NCBI GenBank assembly: GCA_018238545.1
Contig: JABCTC010000006.1
Span: forward strand, 40,609-104,608
Source: Candidatus Heimdallarchaeota archaeon
Lineage (GTDB): Archaea; Asgardarchaeota; Heimdallarchaeia; Heimdallarchaeales; Heimdallarchaeaceae
DNA: 64,000 nucleotides
Direction of reading: 5' to 3'
This document shows positions 62,521 through 64,000 of the stretch, one piece after another. Numbering within the stretch: the first letter of the stretch is position 1; each line of letters begins with the position of its first letter. The notes under the pieces were generated by a model, which was not told where the DNA came from, searched no databases, and worked only from the letters and a program-made list of their open reading frames with translations. Position numbers and translations under genes: made by a program.

Positions 62521-62913
62521 TTAATCACCTATAAGTCTTGAATAGCTCTCTTCTATTGCCCAAGTCGCTGCTCTTTTTGCATATTGACCAATATTTCTTC
62601 CCAAAAAAGGTCCGCCTATTGCAGCCATTGTGACATCTGCTAATCCTGATGTAAAGCCCTCTATAGCAAATGTTCTTGCAGCCTCAATTGCTCCTGCGGA
62701 TCTAGATCCTGTCTTTTGATACATTTTATAACCCGCAATTCCAGATTTAATTACATCATATATTGTTCCTACACCAGCTAAATTAGCTGCAAGATCTATT
62801 GTTTTATCTGCCATTTTTGCAAAATTATTTTCTTTTATAGAAGAACGAACCTCTTCAGAAATTTTTTTATATTTGCTATCATTCAATGGAGCAGACCTAG
62901 AAGCGGTACCCAT
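62521..62913 (-). CDS. QatB-like N-terminal protein starting MGTAS
   Basis: ATG 62913 is preceded by GAGGGA; MGT start; Gly/Ala-rich helices; 130 aa. Confidence 0.55.
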   Translation of the reverse strand: MGTASRSAPLNDSKYKKISEEVRSSIKENNFAKMADKTIDLAANLAGVGTIYDVIKSGIAGYKMYQKTGSRSAGAIEAARTFAIEGFTSGLADVTMAAIGGPFLGRNIGQYAKRAATWAIEESYSRLIGD

Positions 62914-62949
62914 AATTTCCCTCATCAATTAATTGTATGGTGAATTAAT

Positions 62950-63690
62950 ATGTTTTCAGAATATAAATTTTATGATATTCATAGTCATTTACACACTTGT
63001 TTGAACAAAATGTTGTTTGATGAACCATTTCTAGCTAAGCTTAAGCAAATGTCTATCGGCATTATCTTAGCTACTGAAGATTTTTTAGATTTTGAAGAAG
63101 CTACAAGAATTAGTACTAGATTGGGTTCCGTATTATCTGTAGGTCTTGGTTTTCATCCTAAAAATTATACCTATTTTGAACAGTTTTCCAGAATTTTATT
63201 CGATCGAATGGAAAATGTAGATATAATATCTGAAATTGGATTAGATAAGAATTCTAAGTGTCCAATGAACCAGCAAGAAACCTATTTATATGAGATGCTT
63301 TCCAATCTATCTTCCACACACATAATACAATTTCACTCCCCATCTTTGTCTTCTTCAATCTTGGATATTTTATCATCGTTTCATTTCAAGAAAGTTATTT
63401 TTCATCGTTTCAATGGTACTATGAATGAGTTAGAGCGAATAATTGATCAAGGATACTTCATTTCTGTTAATGTTGATGATATTCCAGCATTGTCTCGCAA
63501 CAATCTGATACAAAATTGTCCTCTTTCACAGATTTTAACAGAAACCGATTTTCCATATTGTAAGAATAAAAATTATTTAACTATTCTTCCCAAGCTAATA
63601 GAAAAGATTGCACAGATAAAAAATAGGTGTAAAGATGAAATTAGAACAACCATAAAAACAACCATCAATAATATTTTAGTTGAAAACTGA
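62950..63690 (+). CDS. tatD: TatD-family hydrolase (QatD-like)
   Basis: DIHSH, GFHP, SEIGLD, FHS, IFH, LTETDFPY. Confidence 0.9.
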   Translation: MFSEYKFYDIHSHLHTCLNKMLFDEPFLAKLKQMSIGIILATEDFLDFEEATRISTRLGSVLSVGLGFHPKNYTYFEQFSRILFDRMENVDIISEIGLDKNSKCPMNQQETYLYEMLSNLSSTHIIQFHSPSLSSSILDILSSFHFKKVIFHRFNGTMNELERIIDQGYFISVNVDDIPALSRNNLIQNCPLSQILTETDFPYCKNKNYLTILPKLIEKIAQIKNRCKDEIRTTIKTTINNILVEN

Positions 63691-63754
63691 AAATGCAGAC
63701 TTTTGAGTATATACTTCTACTATACATTGTTTCTTTAATTAAACCCAATGTAAC

Positions 63755-63925
63755 ATCCTTGAGCCAAAAGACATCCATACTAACTTAATCTCTTTGCATG
63801 ACCTCTTCACAAATGAATTTCTTGAAACGTTCAATTATCTTCCTTTCTTCAGGATTATTAGGGTTGTAGCATTTAATGAAGTCTTTCAGTTCTTCATAAG
63901 TGAGAGGATTCTGTTTACGAGTGAA
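63755..63925 (-). pseudogene. hsdM: Fragment of type I restriction-modification methyltransferase HsdM C-terminus
   Basis: Manual translation FTRKQNPLTYEELKDFIKCYNP...ERFKKF.CEEVMQRD*VSMDVFWLKD; internal TAA at 63785-63787 and no intact upstream frame. Confidence 0.75.
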
Positions 63926-64000
63926 TATTGATTTCTCCTCTTTTTCTGTTTACATATAGCTGAACACAAGCTTTTTGTTATGCTTATAGTATCTTACTTT

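Larger units (their letters stand above)
59340..64000. other. Putative defence island (HEPN-like, Qat-like, hsdM remnant), continuing beyond the window
   Basis: Abrupt switch from core genes to very AT-rich defence-type genes after rps7. Confidence 0.65.

Overview
AT-rich archaeal chromosomal window, most likely an Asgard archaeon of the Heimdallarchaeia type. This assignment is inference from the fused RpoB with split RpoA'/A'', an aIF5A with a eukaryote-like KTGKHGHAK motif, PAC2- and PAC4-like chaperones, and fragmented ribosomal operons. About 59 kb is mainly housekeeping: RNA polymerase subunits, ribosomal proteins, Cdc6/Orc1, RFC, ribosome-biogenesis and tRNA enzymes, five tRNAs (one with an intron, all CCA-encoded), FolD/GlyA, PPDK and an ADP-dependent sugar kinase. 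Embedded in it are a Tad/type IV pilus module with a detached Flp-sized pilin, an unannotated 23-codon ORF upstream of a TPR-like gene broken by one TAG, a structured leader upstream of trpS, and an SDR-SDR-GcvPA-GcvPB-kinase cluster. After rps7 a defence-like island begins: an RxxxxH (HEPN-like) protein, a QatC-like QueC enzyme, two small genes that together resemble a split QatB starting MGT, a divergent TatD, and a decayed type I hsdM fragment. No CRISPR array, rRNA or transposase was seen.
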